A stretch of DNA of 64,000 bases from an uncultured Pseudomonadota bacterium (GTDB taxonomy: Bacteria > Myxococcota_A > Polyangia > Fen-1088). The DNA is taken from the NCBI GenBank assembly GCA_963847705.1, contig CAWKBC010000021.1, positions 1 through 64,000 of the forward strand. Direction: 5' to 3'. Both the position numbers and the translations under genes were made by a program. Position 1 is the first letter of the stretch; every line of letters begins with the position of its first letter. Shown here piece after piece: positions 52,315 to 62,405 of the stretch. The notes below the pieces were generated by a model. The model did no database searches, had not been told where the DNA came from, and was given only the letters and a program-made list of their open reading frames with translations.

Positions 52315-53414
52315 AGCGAGGTCTTCAGCGCGGCGAGCAGGCGGTCGTTGTCGTCGGGCTTGCCGACGCTGATGCGGAGCTTGGTGCGCAGCTCGGGGGC
52401 CGACCACCAGCGGACCAGGAGGCCCACCTGCTTGAGCGCCAGGTAGGTCTCCTCGGCGCGCGCGCCGATCTCCACCAGCAGGAAGTTGGCGGCCGATTCG
52501 GGCCAGGTGAGGCCCAGGTCGCCGAGCGCCGCTTCGAGGCGCGCCCGTTGATCGAGCGTGCGGCGAACACAGTCGTCCAGATAGGCGCGGTCTTCGAGCG
52601 CGGCGATGCCGATCGCCTGCGTCAGCGCGTTGACGTTGTAGCTGTCTTTGACCTTGGTGAGCGCCGCGACGAGCGGCGCGGCGGCGAACAGCAGCCCGAG
52701 GCGGGCGCCCGCCAGGCTGTAGCTCTTGGACATCGTTCGCAGCACGATCAGGTTCGGGTGCTGGTCGAGATAGGGGAGCATGCTGGCGTCGATGCCGGCG
52801 CCCAGCGCGAAGTCGACGTAGGCCTCGTCGACGACGACGATCGCCTCCGCCGCCTGGTCGCAAAGGGCGCGCAGCTCGTCGACCGGCACCAAGGTCGCCG
52901 ACGGGTTGTTGGGGTTGGCAAGGATGATCATCTTCGCCCGCTGGCGCGCCAGATCGACCGGCAGCACGTAGCGACGTCCGCTCTGCACGAACGGCAGGCG
53001 GACCAGCTCCGCCCCTTGCAGCGAGGCCAGCGTCGAATAGAGGCCGTAGGTCGGCCAGGGGCAGACCACGCGCTCGCCCGCGTCGAGGAAGCCGCGGTAG
53101 ACGATGGTCAGGCAATCGTCGGAGCCGTTGCCGGCCAGGACCTGCTCGGCCGCAACGCCGAAGCGCGCGGCCGCCACGGCGCGCAACCCGCTGCTGGTCG
53201 GATCGGGATAGAGGCGCAGCGATTCGTCGGCGATCGCGGCCAGCGCCGCCCGCACGCGCGGCGACGGGGGGAACGCCCCTTCGTTGGTGTTCAGCTTGGT
53301 GAGATCGGCGATCTGCTCGCCCGGCGTGTAGGCGGGCATCGCACGTACAGCCGGCCGGAGGAGCTCGATCGGCGCTTTCTGACCTCGGGAGGGGGGAGCG
53401 GGCTTGTCTGTCAT
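52311..53414 (-). CDS. hisC: Histidinol-phosphate aminotransferase
   Basis: KLNTNE, YPDP, GNGSD, NPNNPS, VDEAY, RTMSKSYSLAGARLG (PLP Lys). Confidence 0.93.
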   Translation of the reverse strand: MTDKPAPPSRGQKAPIELLRPAVRAMPAYTPGEQIADLTKLNTNEGAFPPSPRVRAALAAIADESLRLYPDPTSSGLRAVAAARFGVAAEQVLAGNGSDDCLTIVYRGFLDAGERVVCPWPTYGLYSTLASLQGAELVRLPFVQSGRRYVLPVDLARQRAKMIILANPNNPSATLVPVDELRALCDQAAEAIVVVDEAYVDFALGAGIDASMLPYLDQHPNLIVLRTMSKSYSLAGARLGLLFAAAPLVAALTKVKDSYNVNALTQAIGIAALEDRAYLDDCVRRTLDQRARLEAALGDLGLTWPESAANFLLVEIGARAEETYLALKQVGLLVRWWSAPELRTKLRISVGKPDDNDRLLAALKTSL

Positions 53415-53440
53415 TTTGAGACGGGGGTAGGCTAACCGAG

Positions 53441-54952
53441 ATGGCCCGCATCCTCATCATCGATGACAACGAGACGATGCGGGAGGGGCTCGGCGCCACG
53501 GTCCGCCGGATGGGGCACGAGGCGGTGCTGGCGGCGTCAGGCGAGGCCGGGCTCAAGCAGTTCGCGGCGGGGCGGAACACGGTCGACTTCGTGATCACCG
53601 ATCTCAAGATGGAGGGGAAGGGCGGGCTGGAGGTGCTGAAGGCCGTGGCCGAGCGCGATCCTGACTGCCCGGTGATGATCGCGACCGCGTTCGGCTCGGT
53701 CGAGACGGCCGTCGAGGCGATGCGGACCGGCGCCTACGATTTCATCCAGAAGCCGTTCGCGCCCGAGGTGGTGCGCCTCAAGGTGGCGCGGGCGCTGGAG
53801 CTGCGGGCCGAGCGACGCGCGCGCGAGCGGGCCGAGGCGGAGAGCGCGGCCCTGCGCGACGACGTCGCGCGCGAGTACCGCTTCGCCGAGATCGTCGGCG
53901 AGACGCCCGCCATGCGCGCGCTGTTTCAGACGATCGAGAAGGTCGCGCCGACCGACGCGTCGGTCTACATCCACGGTGAGTCGGGGACGGGGAAGGAGCT
54001 GGTCGCGCGCGCCATTCATGCGCGGTCGAAGCGGGCGAACGGGCCTTTCGTCAAGGTGAGCTGCGGCGCGCTCACCGAGACGCTGCTGGAGTCGGAGCTG
54101 TTCGGCCACGAGCGGGGCGCGTTCACCGGCGCCATCAAGCGAAAGCTCGGGCGGTTCGAGCTGGCGGACAAGGGGACGCTGTTCCTCGACGAGATCGGCG
54201 ACATCACGCCGGGGCTGCAACTCAAGCTCCTGCGCGTGCTGCAAGAGCGCGAGCTCGAGCGGGTGGGTGGCGAGGAGACCATCAAGGTCGACGTGCGGGT
54301 GCTGTCCGCCACCCACCGGGACATCGCGGTCGAGGCGGCGGCCGGACGCTTCCGCGAGGATCTCTTCTATCGCCTGCACGTGGTCCCCTGCGAGGTGCCG
54401 CCGCTGCGCGAGCGCAAGGAGGACATCCCGCGCCTGGTGGCCCACTTCGTGGCCAAGCTCGCGCCGCGCACGAATGCGGCCATCGACAAGGCGCACGGCA
54501 TCACCGACGCGGCGCTGGCCCGCCTCGGCCTCCACGCCTGGCCCGGCAACGTCCGCGAGCTGGAGAACGTGATCGAGCAGGCGCTGGTGTTCGCCGAGGG
54601 GACGGCCATCGACGTCGGTGCGCTGCCGGCCTCGGTGCGCGGGGGGCTGCCCGAAAATGCGCTGGCGCTCCCCGGCGGCGAGATGTCGCTCCCCGCGCTG
54701 CTCGAGGATCTGGAGCGGCAGCTCATCGAGCGCGCTTATGAAAAGAGCGGCGGCGTGAAGACCGAGACGGCGCGGCTGCTCGGGATCAAGACCAGCGCGC
54801 TCTACTACAAGCTCGAGAAGTACGGCATCGGCACCATCGAGAGCCGCGGCGACAAGGCGCCGACGGGCGCCGAGAGCGACCTCGGCGCCGAGACGCTGCT
54901 GGAGGACGGTCCGCCCGGTGGCGGTGGAGGCGGTCACGAACGTTCGCGCTGA
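53441..54952 (+). CDS. NtrC-family sigma-54-dependent response regulator
   Basis: ILIIDD…TDLKM receiver, [45 protein letters not shown]. Confidence 0.95.
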   Translation: MARILIIDDNETMREGLGATVRRMGHEAVLAASGEAGLKQFAAGRNTVDFVITDLKMEGKGGLEVLKAVAERDPDCPVMIATAFGSVETAVEAMRTGAYDFIQKPFAPEVVRLKVARALELRAERRARERAEAESAALRDDVAREYRFAEIVGETPAMRALFQTIEKVAPTDASVYIHGESGTGKELVARAIHARSKRANGPFVKVSCGALTETLLESELFGHERGAFTGAIKRKLGRFELADKGTLFLDEIGDITPGLQLKLLRVLQERELERVGGEETIKVDVRVLSATHRDIAVEAAAGRFREDLFYRLHVVPCEVPPLRERKEDIPRLVAHFVAKLAPRTNAAIDKAHGITDAALARLGLHAWPGNVRELENVIEQALVFAEGTAIDVGALPASVRGGLPENALALPGGEMSLPALLEDLERQLIERAYEKSGGVKTETARLLGIKTSALYYKLEKYGIGTIESRGDKAPTGAESDLGAETLLEDGPPGGGGGGHERSR

Positions 54953-55352
54953 AGCCCGCCGCGCCCGCCTGCGGGTCCTGGTGTGCGTCGCCGTCGCCGC
55001 GACCGGCGTGGCGATCGGCTGCGCCACCGCGGTCGGGGCGCGACGCGGCTCGTCGGCGCGGCGCGTGGAAGAGGGGCGCGCCAGCTATTACGGGCGCGGC
55101 TTCGCAGGCCGCAAGACGGCCTCCGGCGAGCGCTTCGATCCGAACGCGATGACCGCCGCCTCTCCGTCGCTGCCGTTCGGCACGCGCGTGCGGGTCAGCC
55201 GCGCCGACGGACGCTCGGTGACGGTCCGGATCAACGATCGTTGCGGCTGTCCCGGCGGCCGGATCGTCGATCTGTCGGAGGGGGCGGCGCGACGGCTGGG
55301 GATGCTCAAGGAGGGGGTGGTGACGGTCCGGATGGAAGTCCTGGGGGGATAG
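54918..55352 (+). CDS. rlpA: RlpA-family (DPBB) lytic transglycosylase lipoprotein, no SPOR domain
   Basis: GRASYYG…TASGERF…TAAS…LPFGT…VRINDR…IVDLS; lipobox AIG-C; start uncertain. Confidence 0.88.
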   Translation: MAVEAVTNVRAEARRARLRVLVCVAVAATGVAIGCATAVGARRGSSARRVEEGRASYYGRGFAGRKTASGERFDPNAMTAASPSLPFGTRVRVSRADGRSVTVRINDRCGCPGGRIVDLSEGAARRLGMLKEGVVTVRMEVLGG

Positions 55353-55377
55353 GCGACGGCGACCTCGCTCCTGGCGG

Positions 55378-56472
55378 TCAGTTGGCGCCGCCGGTGCGGA
55401 AGGCACGCCAGTCGCGGACCACCTCGCCGGCCAGCTGCTTGGCCGTCTCGTGCAGCCAGTGTCCGCGCCGGGCGGCCAGCTGCTTGCGCAGCGTCTCGCG
55501 GATCCGCGGCGTGCCCAGGTGCACGTTCGCCGTCTCGAACCCCATCGCGTAGAGCAACCGCTCCTCGTCGCGGCTCGTCGGCAGATCGACGATCTCGATG
55601 CGCGTGCAGTGCGGCGCCAACCGGCGCACCAGCCAGCCGTCGACGACACGGACGGTCGGATCGGGGACGCGGACGGCGCGGGAGATGATCGCGCTGTAGC
55701 CGTCCCCGGCACTCGCAGCCGTCTCGCTGGCCCACAGCCAGGCCGACGGCGCGGTGGCCTTCGCCTCTCGCGCGACCCAGCCACCGCGCCAGGCGGCGAT
55801 CCCCACGAAGCGGGGCCGGCCGAGGCTCCCCATCCCGGCGACGCGGCGGGCGAAGCGGATCGGCAACCCCGGGGTGGGCATCGACGCAGTGATGACGGCC
55901 GCGGCCTTCCGATCGATGTCGGACGAGGTCCGTAGACCGTTCATCTTCTCCCAGAAGGTCGTGGGGTCGCGCAGCTCGCCCAAAGCGACGCGCCGGAGCC
56001 AGCCATGCGCCTCCTCCAGCACGTAAGGCTGTCCGCCCGTCTCGATGCCGGCGCGGTAGCCCTCCAGGATCGCCTCGCAGGCGATGCGGCGGCGCACCGC
56101 GATGTGCTCGGCGAAGACCGCCAGGTGAACGCTGGCCGCCAGGCGGATCAGATCCTGCGTCCAGGGGAGCGTGGTCGTCTCGTCGAAGTCGTTGATCCCC
56201 CAGATGAGCCGCCCGTCGCTGTCGCGCCAGGTACCGAAGTTCTCGATGTGGAGATCACCCACCGCCGCGACCGGCGCCGCGCTGGCGACCTCGCCCAGCT
56301 CCTTCCGCTTCGCCCGCCAGAGCTGACACCAGCGGTAGAACGTGGCCCGCATGAAGAGGAACGGCCCCAGGCGCATGCGCTGGTGCTTGGCGCGCAGGTC
56401 GGCGCGCACGAGCGGGATGAGTCCACCCAACCACTGCTCGTAATCGCGCGTGGCGCGGTGAATGTCGTCCAT
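55378..56472 (-). CDS. DUF2252 family protein (kinase-like fold)
   Basis: PFLFMRATF, GDLHIENFG, INDFDE, GMGSLGRPR. Confidence 0.85.
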   Translation of the reverse strand: MDDIHRATRDYEQWLGGLIPLVRADLRAKHQRMRLGPFLFMRATFYRWCQLWRAKRKELGEVASAAPVAAVGDLHIENFGTWRDSDGRLIWGINDFDETTTLPWTQDLIRLAASVHLAVFAEHIAVRRRIACEAILEGYRAGIETGGQPYVLEEAHGWLRRVALGELRDPTTFWEKMNGLRTSSDIDRKAAAVITASMPTPGLPIRFARRVAGMGSLGRPRFVGIAAWRGGWVAREAKATAPSAWLWASETAASAGDGYSAIISRAVRVPDPTVRVVDGWLVRRLAPHCTRIEIVDLPTSRDEERLLYAMGFETANVHLGTPRIRETLRKQLAARRGHWLHETAKQLAGEVVRDWRAFRTGGAN

Positions 56473-56489
56473 TCACCCGCTACTCTAGA

Positions 56490-56717
56490 TCAGGACGGCG
56501 TGATCTTTTTTCCGCTCGTCACGCGCAGCGTCGGACCGGTCATGGCGAAGCCCATGGCGTCGCGATCGACCGCGCCGTCGATCTCGACCTTGGCGCCCTC
56601 CTGGTCGATCCCGCGCAGCGCTCCTTGGAGCACGTAGGTCTTGCCGTCGTCGGCCACCAGCTGCCAGTGACCACCTTCGAGATCGTTCTTGCGAACCGTG
56701 CCGCGAAACTTGCCCAT
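56490..56717 (-). CDS. Small beta-barrel hypothetical protein (DUF5818-like)
   Basis: DLEGGHWQLVADDGKTYVL…V.IDG…G pattern; ATG 6 nt after TATACT. Confidence 0.7.
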   Translation of the reverse strand: MGKFRGTVRKNDLEGGHWQLVADDGKTYVLQGALRGIDQEGAKVEIDGAVDRDAMGFAMTGPTLRVTSGKKITPS

Positions 56718-56819
56718 GGGTCGAGTATACGTCTCCGGCGACGCCTGGGCTTGACGGATGGGGCCCGAAGGCCAGGTTCAAGGGTGGGTCAGGCTTCAAG
56801 GATGAGGGGGAGGTGGGCG

Positions 56820-57590
56820 ATGGGGAAGGCGAAGCTCGGCAGTTGGTGGGCGGCAGGGGCCGCGGTCTGCATGCTCGTTTCGGCGGGGGTGGCGGCCCAA
56901 AGTGCTGCGCCCGCCGCGCCTGCTGCGCCTGCGCAAGAGGGAGCTGCGCCGGTGCCGGGAAGCACGGCGCCAAGCGTCGGGCCTCTGGCGGGGGGCCCTG
57001 CGTCAGCGGCGCAGAGTCCGGCGCCCGTGGTGCAATCTCCCTACAACGAGCGCGGCGGCGGCGATCAGACGGCCCTGATGGCGCTGCATCGGCAGAACCA
57101 GCAGACGATCGTCGACGCGGAGATCGCCCAGAGCCGCGGAACGAGCGCGGCGGTGCGCGAGTTCGCCGCGTCGGTCATCAGCAACTGCGCCACCTCCGAC
57201 GCCAGGCTGATGAACTTCGCGAGCCAGCAGGGGATGAACGTCGAGGCGATCCGTCTGGCCGCCGGCGCGCTGCCGAGCGGCGCGCTGACCCGGGTCGATC
57301 TGGTCAACTCGCCGCCGGATCGGTTCGATGCCGACTTCGCCGCGAAGATGGTGGCCAACACCCAGGCGGCGATCGACCAGACGCAGAAGGCGCAGGCCCT
57401 GGCGCGCGCGCCGGGGATGGCTCCGCTGCTCGCCGAGATCGCGCCTTCGCTGGTGCAGCAGCAGGCCGACGCGATGGCGCTGGTCGCGGCGATGCCGAAG
57501 CCACCGATCCGGACGATGCCGTTTGGCCCGCCCGAAGGCCTCGGACGGATGCCCACCGGGATCGACACCAACCCCGGCGTGGCACCCTAA
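56820..57590 (+). CDS. Secreted DUF4142-like (ferritin-like) protein
   Basis: GGAGG RBS, signal peptide, AQSRGTSAAVREFA…FDADFAAKMV pattern. Confidence 0.7.
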   Translation: MGKAKLGSWWAAGAAVCMLVSAGVAAQSAAPAAPAAPAQEGAAPVPGSTAPSVGPLAGGPASAAQSPAPVVQSPYNERGGGDQTALMALHRQNQQTIVDAEIAQSRGTSAAVREFAASVISNCATSDARLMNFASQQGMNVEAIRLAAGALPSGALTRVDLVNSPPDRFDADFAAKMVANTQAAIDQTQKAQALARAPGMAPLLAEIAPSLVQQQADAMALVAAMPKPPIRTMPFGPPEGLGRMPTGIDTNPGVAP

Positions 57591-57615
57591 CGTCGCAGGC
57601 GGCGCCGAAGAGCCG

Positions 57616-58581
57616 CTACGGCGGCGGCTTGACCACGATCAACCGTCCGCCGGCGGAATCGGCGACGAAGGCCGTACCGTCCGCGGCGACCACCACACAG
57701 CGAGCGCCCTGGGCCGTCGGGCTCGACGTCACGGCGCTGAGGGCGCCGGCGCCGCCGACGCGGGCGATGGTCAGCCTCCCGCCCACCCCCGAGGCGACGA
57801 ACAGGAGGCCGCGTTTGCGGGCGTAGTCGATGTTGTCGACACCGCCGGAGGTCTCGAGCCGTCCGACCTCTTTCCCGGCACGAGCGAGGTCGCGGGCGAC
57901 CGCGCCGTCGGTGCAGGCGACGAACAGCAGGCGCCGCCCGTCGTCGAGCGCCAGCCCCCGTGGTCCGGCGGCCCCGCAACGGGCCGGCCAGCTGGACACG
58001 ACCTTCCTGGTTCGCACGTCGATCGCCAGCGTCCGATCTTTGTCCTCGACGTTCGTGTAGAAGAGGCCGCGCTTGGCGTCGACCGCGACCCCTTCAGGAT
58101 CCCCGTCGATCTTGATCGCCACCGGTGGAGCGGCTCCCTGGCCCGAGACGTCGACGACGGTGATCGACCGATCGCCCGGGGTCGTGACCCAGACCTCGTG
58201 CGTGGCGGCGACGTAGGCCAGGCCGTCGGGCATCGACGGCAGGGGGTGGCAGGCGCCGCGCGCCAAGGTCCGCGCGTCGATCGGGCAGATCTCGTCGTTG
58301 GCGCGATTGCCGATCCAGACCACGCCATCGCCGACGGCCGCCGAGCTCGGCCCCATCCTCGGCCGCCCGGGGCGCCGCGCGGGGGCGGTGGGAAAGCCGC
58401 CCACCGCCGTGACCTTGCCGGTGGCGATCTCCACGACGTCGACGTTGCCGGTGTTTCCCGCCGGCACCCAGAGCCGTCCGGTCGCGCCGTCGTAGGCGAG
58501 GTAATCCATCGCGACCGGCGGCCCGCCCGGGAGCGCGACCGCCGCCGCGAGCAGCGTCGACAGAACGAAGGAGTGCAGCAC
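57616..58581 (-). CDS. YncE-like beta-propeller protein
   Basis: Repeated DYLAYD/PDGLAY/PEGVAVD/PRGLALD blades; signal peptide. Confidence 0.82.
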   Translation of the reverse strand: MLHSFVLSTLLAAAVALPGGPPVAMDYLAYDGATGRLWVPAGNTGNVDVVEIATGKVTAVGGFPTAPARRPGRPRMGPSSAAVGDGVVWIGNRANDEICPIDARTLARGACHPLPSMPDGLAYVAATHEVWVTTPGDRSITVVDVSGQGAAPPVAIKIDGDPEGVAVDAKRGLFYTNVEDKDRTLAIDVRTRKVVSSWPARCGAAGPRGLALDDGRRLLFVACTDGAVARDLARAGKEVGRLETSGGVDNIDYARKRGLLFVASGVGGRLTIARVGGAGALSAVTSSPTAQGARCVVVAADGTAFVADSAGGRLIVVKPPP

Positions 58582-58602
58582 GAAGGGGGCGGGTTCGACG
58601 GC

Positions 58603-58872
58603 TCAGGCGCCGAAGCGTTTGATCGAGCGCGCCTTGGCCTTGGCCGCCTCGATGGCGCGATCGCGCGGCGGCGCGTGCGTCACCAGCGAGTCGACCAGCT
58701 TCCGCGCGACACGGAAGGTGTCGTCGACGGCGCGCGCGAAGGCCTTCTCGTTTTCATACGAGGGGTGGGCGAACCCGCTCAGCTTGCGCACGAACTGCTC
58801 GCTGGCCGAACGGATCTCCTCGTCCGTGGCAGGCGGCGCGAAGTTGAACAGCGTCTTGATGTTCCGGCACAT
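58603..58872 (-). CDS. DUF2277 family protein
   Basis: MCRNIKTLFNFAPPATDEEI…QFVRKLSG signature. Confidence 0.92.
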   Translation of the reverse strand: MCRNIKTLFNFAPPATDEEIRSASEQFVRKLSGFAHPSYENEKAFARAVDDTFRVARKLVDSLVTHAPPRDRAIEAAKAKARSIKRFGA

Positions 58873-58920
58873 GCCGGCCAGGCTAGCACGGGCGTTTCGC
58901 GGGATCGCCTCGGGCCGGCG

Positions 58921-60150
58921 CTACGGCGCGACGGTCGTCGTCCCGCCGCCGCCGCACTGCGAAAGGCCGTTGAGCCAGGCCGCGATCGTCGCCACGCCGT
59001 CGGTATCGACCTTGTGGGTGATCGCAGGGGGCATCTGCGTGCCGGTCGGGGTGCCGTCGACGCCGTCGCGGTGGTCCATCCGGTAGTAGGCCGAGCTGTC
59101 GGCGGGATCGCAGGGGGCGAAATCCTCGGGGTTCGTCAGGCCCGTGACCGGGAAGTTCGCGTTCACGCCCATTCCCGTGGTCCAGGTGTCGGTGGTCATC
59201 ACGCTCGTCAGCGTCGCGACGTCGAGCCGCATCAAGAGGTTCGTGTACCCGGCCTCACCGCTGTCGCGGTTGTGGCAGGTGACGCCGCAGTTCATGTGGA
59301 GATAGCCGAGCGCGGCGGTCGCGGTCGCGTCGCCGGGGATCGTGAGCTGGCCGCTGGGCGGGGCGGTGAGGAGGTTGCCGGCGGTGAGGGTCGCCATGGT
59401 GACCCCGGAGGCCTGTGACGTCGACAGCGCCACCGCTTCGAAGCCCAGCACCGCGTCGAGACGGCCACCGTGGCAGTCGTAGCAGTTGCTCTGGGTGGGG
59501 ATCTCGTAGCCGTTCCCATCCGCGTCGACCTCGCCGTCGGTGAGCTCGGTGGTGCTCGTCAAACCGTCAGCCGACCAGCGATAGACCGTGAAGTACCAGG
59601 CGCCGCTCGGCCGCTTCCAGATGAGCCGCGTCTCCAGCCGCGCGCCGCCGACGACGAACTCCTTCCAGACCTTGGTCCCAGGGGGGAACGTCCACTCGTC
59701 CATGTCCGTCGTGTCGATCTTCGTTCCGGGCGGCAGGTAAATCCAACGGGTCTTGCTCGCCCCGTCGCTCCAGAGGTGAAGCCCGGGATCGTATTGCTGC
59801 ACGTTGGAGGCGACGGTCTTCGTGGACCAGTCGGAGTAGAGCCCCGTGCAGCGGAGCTCCGTCGGCTCGCCGTTGGCGCCGGTCTCGCAGTCGGACGGCA
59901 GCGCATCGGTCGCGGCCCCGTCCTTCGCCGAGGCGTCCCTGCTGCCGGCGTCCTGGCCACCGTCGGCAACGGTGGCGTCCTGTCGCAGCGACCTGTCCGT
60001 GCCGCCGTCGCTCCGGGCGCGCATGTCGGCGCCGCCGTCGTGAGACACATCGGATGAGCTGCTGCAGGCCCCGCAAAACAGCAGCGCGAAGGCCGAGACC
60101 TCGCACAGAGAGGCGCTCCACCGAGAGAGCCACCGACAACGCCAATCCAC
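58921..60150 (-). CDS. Lipoprotein, SO2930-like diheme c-type cytochrome
   Basis: Lipobox CGA-C; LWSDGASKTRW…FPPGT…ETRL; CYDCH and CGVTCH heme motifs; QMPP…W. Confidence 0.78.
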   Translation of the reverse strand: MDWRCRWLSRWSASLCEVSAFALLFCGACSSSSDVSHDGGADMRARSDGGTDRSLRQDATVADGGQDAGSRDASAKDGAATDALPSDCETGANGEPTELRCTGLYSDWSTKTVASNVQQYDPGLHLWSDGASKTRWIYLPPGTKIDTTDMDEWTFPPGTKVWKEFVVGGARLETRLIWKRPSGAWYFTVYRWSADGLTSTTELTDGEVDADGNGYEIPTQSNCYDCHGGRLDAVLGFEAVALSTSQASGVTMATLTAGNLLTAPPSGQLTIPGDATATAALGYLHMNCGVTCHNRDSGEAGYTNLLMRLDVATLTSVMTTDTWTTGMGVNANFPVTGLTNPEDFAPCDPADSSAYYRMDHRDGVDGTPTGTQMPPAITHKVDTDGVATIAAWLNGLSQCGGGGTTTVAP

Positions 60151-60200
60151 TGCCTGGCCTTTATAACAGCAAACGCAGCGGTTCCGGGAGAGGCTCCCTG

Positions 60201-60352
60201 CTAGGCCGCCTGCCGGGCGGCACGTCGTCGGGCATGGTTCGCTTCGCTCACCGTTGCCTTAGGGCAACGCCCTCCTAGGCCGCCTGCCGGGCGGCACGTC
60301 GTCGGGCATGGTTCGCTTCGCTCACCGTTGCCTTAGGGCAACGCCCTCCTAG
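60201..60352. repeat. Two exact tandem 74-bp palindromic units separated and flanked by CTAG
   Basis: 60201-60274 = 60275-60348; CTAG at 60201, 60275 and 60349. Confidence 0.92.
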
Positions 60353-61500
60353 CCGTCGAGCTCGAGGCCGAGGAGCAATCGACCGGTCAGCCGGGTCTGC
60401 TGCTTCTCGGGCACGGGGTGGTAGCGGCAGGCCTGGACGTCACGAAACAGACGTTCGAGCCGCGAGCTGCGGAAGAAGCCCGCGCCGCCCGCCACCTCCA
60501 GCGCCTTCTCGGCGGTCCGCAGGACGCCGTTCGCCACCAGCGTTCGCCGGATCAGCATGGCGCTCGACGTCTCGGGGCCCGGCTTCGCCGAGCGTGACAG
60601 GTCGACCATGCTCGCGTGGGCGAGCTGCGCCGAGACGAGCAGGTTCTCCATCTCGCCGGTCAGGTAGGCGACGTTCGGATCGTTCTTTCGCTTGCGCGCC
60701 AGCTCGAGCGCGACGTCGCGCGCCGCCTCGGCGACGCCCAGGTAGGCGGCGTAGATGATGGGGAGGGCCACCAGCGCCGAGGCGTGAACGGCGGGGTGCC
60801 ACTTGCCGGGCGGCCGCCGCACGCCCCCCATGGCCGCGTCGGGCAGGAAGACGCTCTCGAGCTCGATGTCGTGCGAGCCGGTGCCCCGCATCCCGAGCGC
60901 CCGCCAGGTGTCGAGCACCTTCACGCCCGGCGCGTCGAGCGGCAGGCCGAAGTGGATCACCGTCGGGCCGTCCTGGGGATCGTCGAAGATGCCGGTGGTC
61001 ATCAGCAGCTGGCCCCCCGGGGCGCCGCTGCTGAAGATCTTCCGGCCGGTCATCTCGTAACCGCCCTCGACCTTCTCGAGCCGGCCCGATCCGGCCAGCC
61101 AGTCGGAGCCGCCCGAGCTGACCAGCACCAGCCCCTCGGCGGCCACGCGGCGAAGCAGCGGTTCGGGTCCCTTGTTTCCGCTCCGCCACAGGTTGCTCAT
61201 CATCGCGACGGTGTGGGTGTGCATCGAGGCGGCCAGCGCCGTCGAGCCGCAGTGGTGCCCGAGCTCCCGGATCATCCCGCACAGCTCACCGACCGAGGCG
61301 CCCCCCCCACCCAGCTCGGCGGGGACCGCGGCCTTGAAGACGCCGCGCTCCTTGAGCGCCACGTAGTTGTCCGCGACGAAGGCGTCGTTCGCGTCGTAGG
61401 CAGCGGCACGCTCGGCGAACGCCGGCCCCAGCTCCCGCACGATCCCGATCCAGTTCGTGGTGGTTCCCGAATCCGTCGTTCCCAGCTCGGTTGTCGCCAT
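60349..61500 (-). CDS. Acyl-CoA dehydrogenase family / flavin-dependent monooxygenase
   Basis: VPAELGGGG, GRKIFSSG, WRALGMRGTGSHD, GGAGF…LERLFRD; GGGGG RBS before ATG 61500. Confidence 0.9.
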   Translation of the reverse strand: MATTELGTTDSGTTTNWIGIVRELGPAFAERAAAYDANDAFVADNYVALKERGVFKAAVPAELGGGGASVGELCGMIRELGHHCGSTALAASMHTHTVAMMSNLWRSGNKGPEPLLRRVAAEGLVLVSSGGSDWLAGSGRLEKVEGGYEMTGRKIFSSGAPGGQLLMTTGIFDDPQDGPTVIHFGLPLDAPGVKVLDTWRALGMRGTGSHDIELESVFLPDAAMGGVRRPPGKWHPAVHASALVALPIIYAAYLGVAEAARDVALELARKRKNDPNVAYLTGEMENLLVSAQLAHASMVDLSRSAKPGPETSSAMLIRRTLVANGVLRTAEKALEVAGGAGFFRSSRLERLFRDVQACRYHPVPEKQQTRLTGRLLLGLELDG

Positions 61501-61543
61501 GGTCACCCCCCCTTGGCGCTCAGTGAGCCACAGTTTGGCCGCG

Positions 61544-61782
61544 GGCACGGTGAAAGTTTCGCGTGGAGCGAAAATCAGCGCGCCCCGCTGCAGAACATCG
61601 CAGTGCTGGGGCCGGGCGATCTTCTGGCGCTGCGCTCCGACGGTGGCGGCCGGATGGTCTGTCTCGCCGGCCGCCCGATCGGCGAGCCGGTCGCGCGCCA
61701 CGGCCCTTTCGTCATGAACAACGACGACGAGCTCCGTCAGGCGATTGCCGACTATCGCGCGGGCCGCCTGGTTGGCGGCTGA
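61544..61782 (+). pseudogene. Pirin C-terminal fragment
   Basis: IAVLGPG…LAGRPIGEPVARHGPFVMNNDDELRQAIADYRAG is the Pirin_C signature; no room for the N-terminal metal-binding cupin. Confidence 0.75.
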
Positions 61783-61892
61783 GCGGGCGCTCCTGGCGCG
61801 CGCCATCGCGTCGAACACGATGTTCCGCGGCCTCGCTCTCTGGCCCACTTTTGAAGCCGGTCGCGTAAGCTTCGGCGCCGGAGGATTCGCCC

Positions 61893-62324
61893 ATGCTCGG
61901 CTCTGTGCATGACTACGCGCTCGTCATCCGCGAGCAGCACCTCGACACGTTCGGACACGTCAACAACGCCAAGTATCTGGAGATCCTCGAAGAGGCGCGC
62001 TGGGACCTCATCTCGCGCAACGGATACGGGCTGGAGGAGGTGCTCCGCCGGCGGATCGGCCCCACCATCCTCGAGATCAACCTGAGGTTTCAGCGGGAGC
62101 TGCGGAACCGCCAGCCCATCGTCGTCAAGACCTGGATGGACTCGTACGCCGGAAAGATCGGGCGGGTCGGGCAAGAGATCCGCGACCCCGAGGGCAATCT
62201 TTTTTGCCAGGCGATGTTCACCATCGGCCTGTTCGATGTCGCCGCCCGCAAGTTGATCTTGCCGACGCCCGAATGGATCCGGGCGCTCGGGTTGACCGAG
62301 GGCGATCTGGGCGTTCCGGCCTAG
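61893..62324 (+). CDS. Acyl-CoA thioesterase (4HBT/YbgC hot-dog fold)
   Basis: GGAGGA RBS; LDTFGHVNNAKYLEILEEAR. Confidence 0.92.
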   Translation: MLGSVHDYALVIREQHLDTFGHVNNAKYLEILEEARWDLISRNGYGLEEVLRRRIGPTILEINLRFQRELRNRQPIVVKTWMDSYAGKIGRVGQEIRDPEGNLFCQAMFTIGLFDVAARKLILPTPEWIRALGLTEGDLGVPA

Positions 62325-62405
62325 GACCGGCGGCCGGCGACCTCTCCGCCGAATCGAAACAACGTTGTCGCGCGTTTGAAATGGAAAATGCGTACACTCC
62401 CGCCC

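Noticed and set aside
56820-57590. DUF4142-like protein as a metal-binding ferritin
   Set aside because: The His residues expected in the DH motifs appear replaced (VISNC, MVANT), so metal binding cannot be supported
60201-60352. Tandem repeat considered as a CRISPR array
   Set aside because: Units are 74 bp, directly adjacent with no unique spacers, and no cas genes are present
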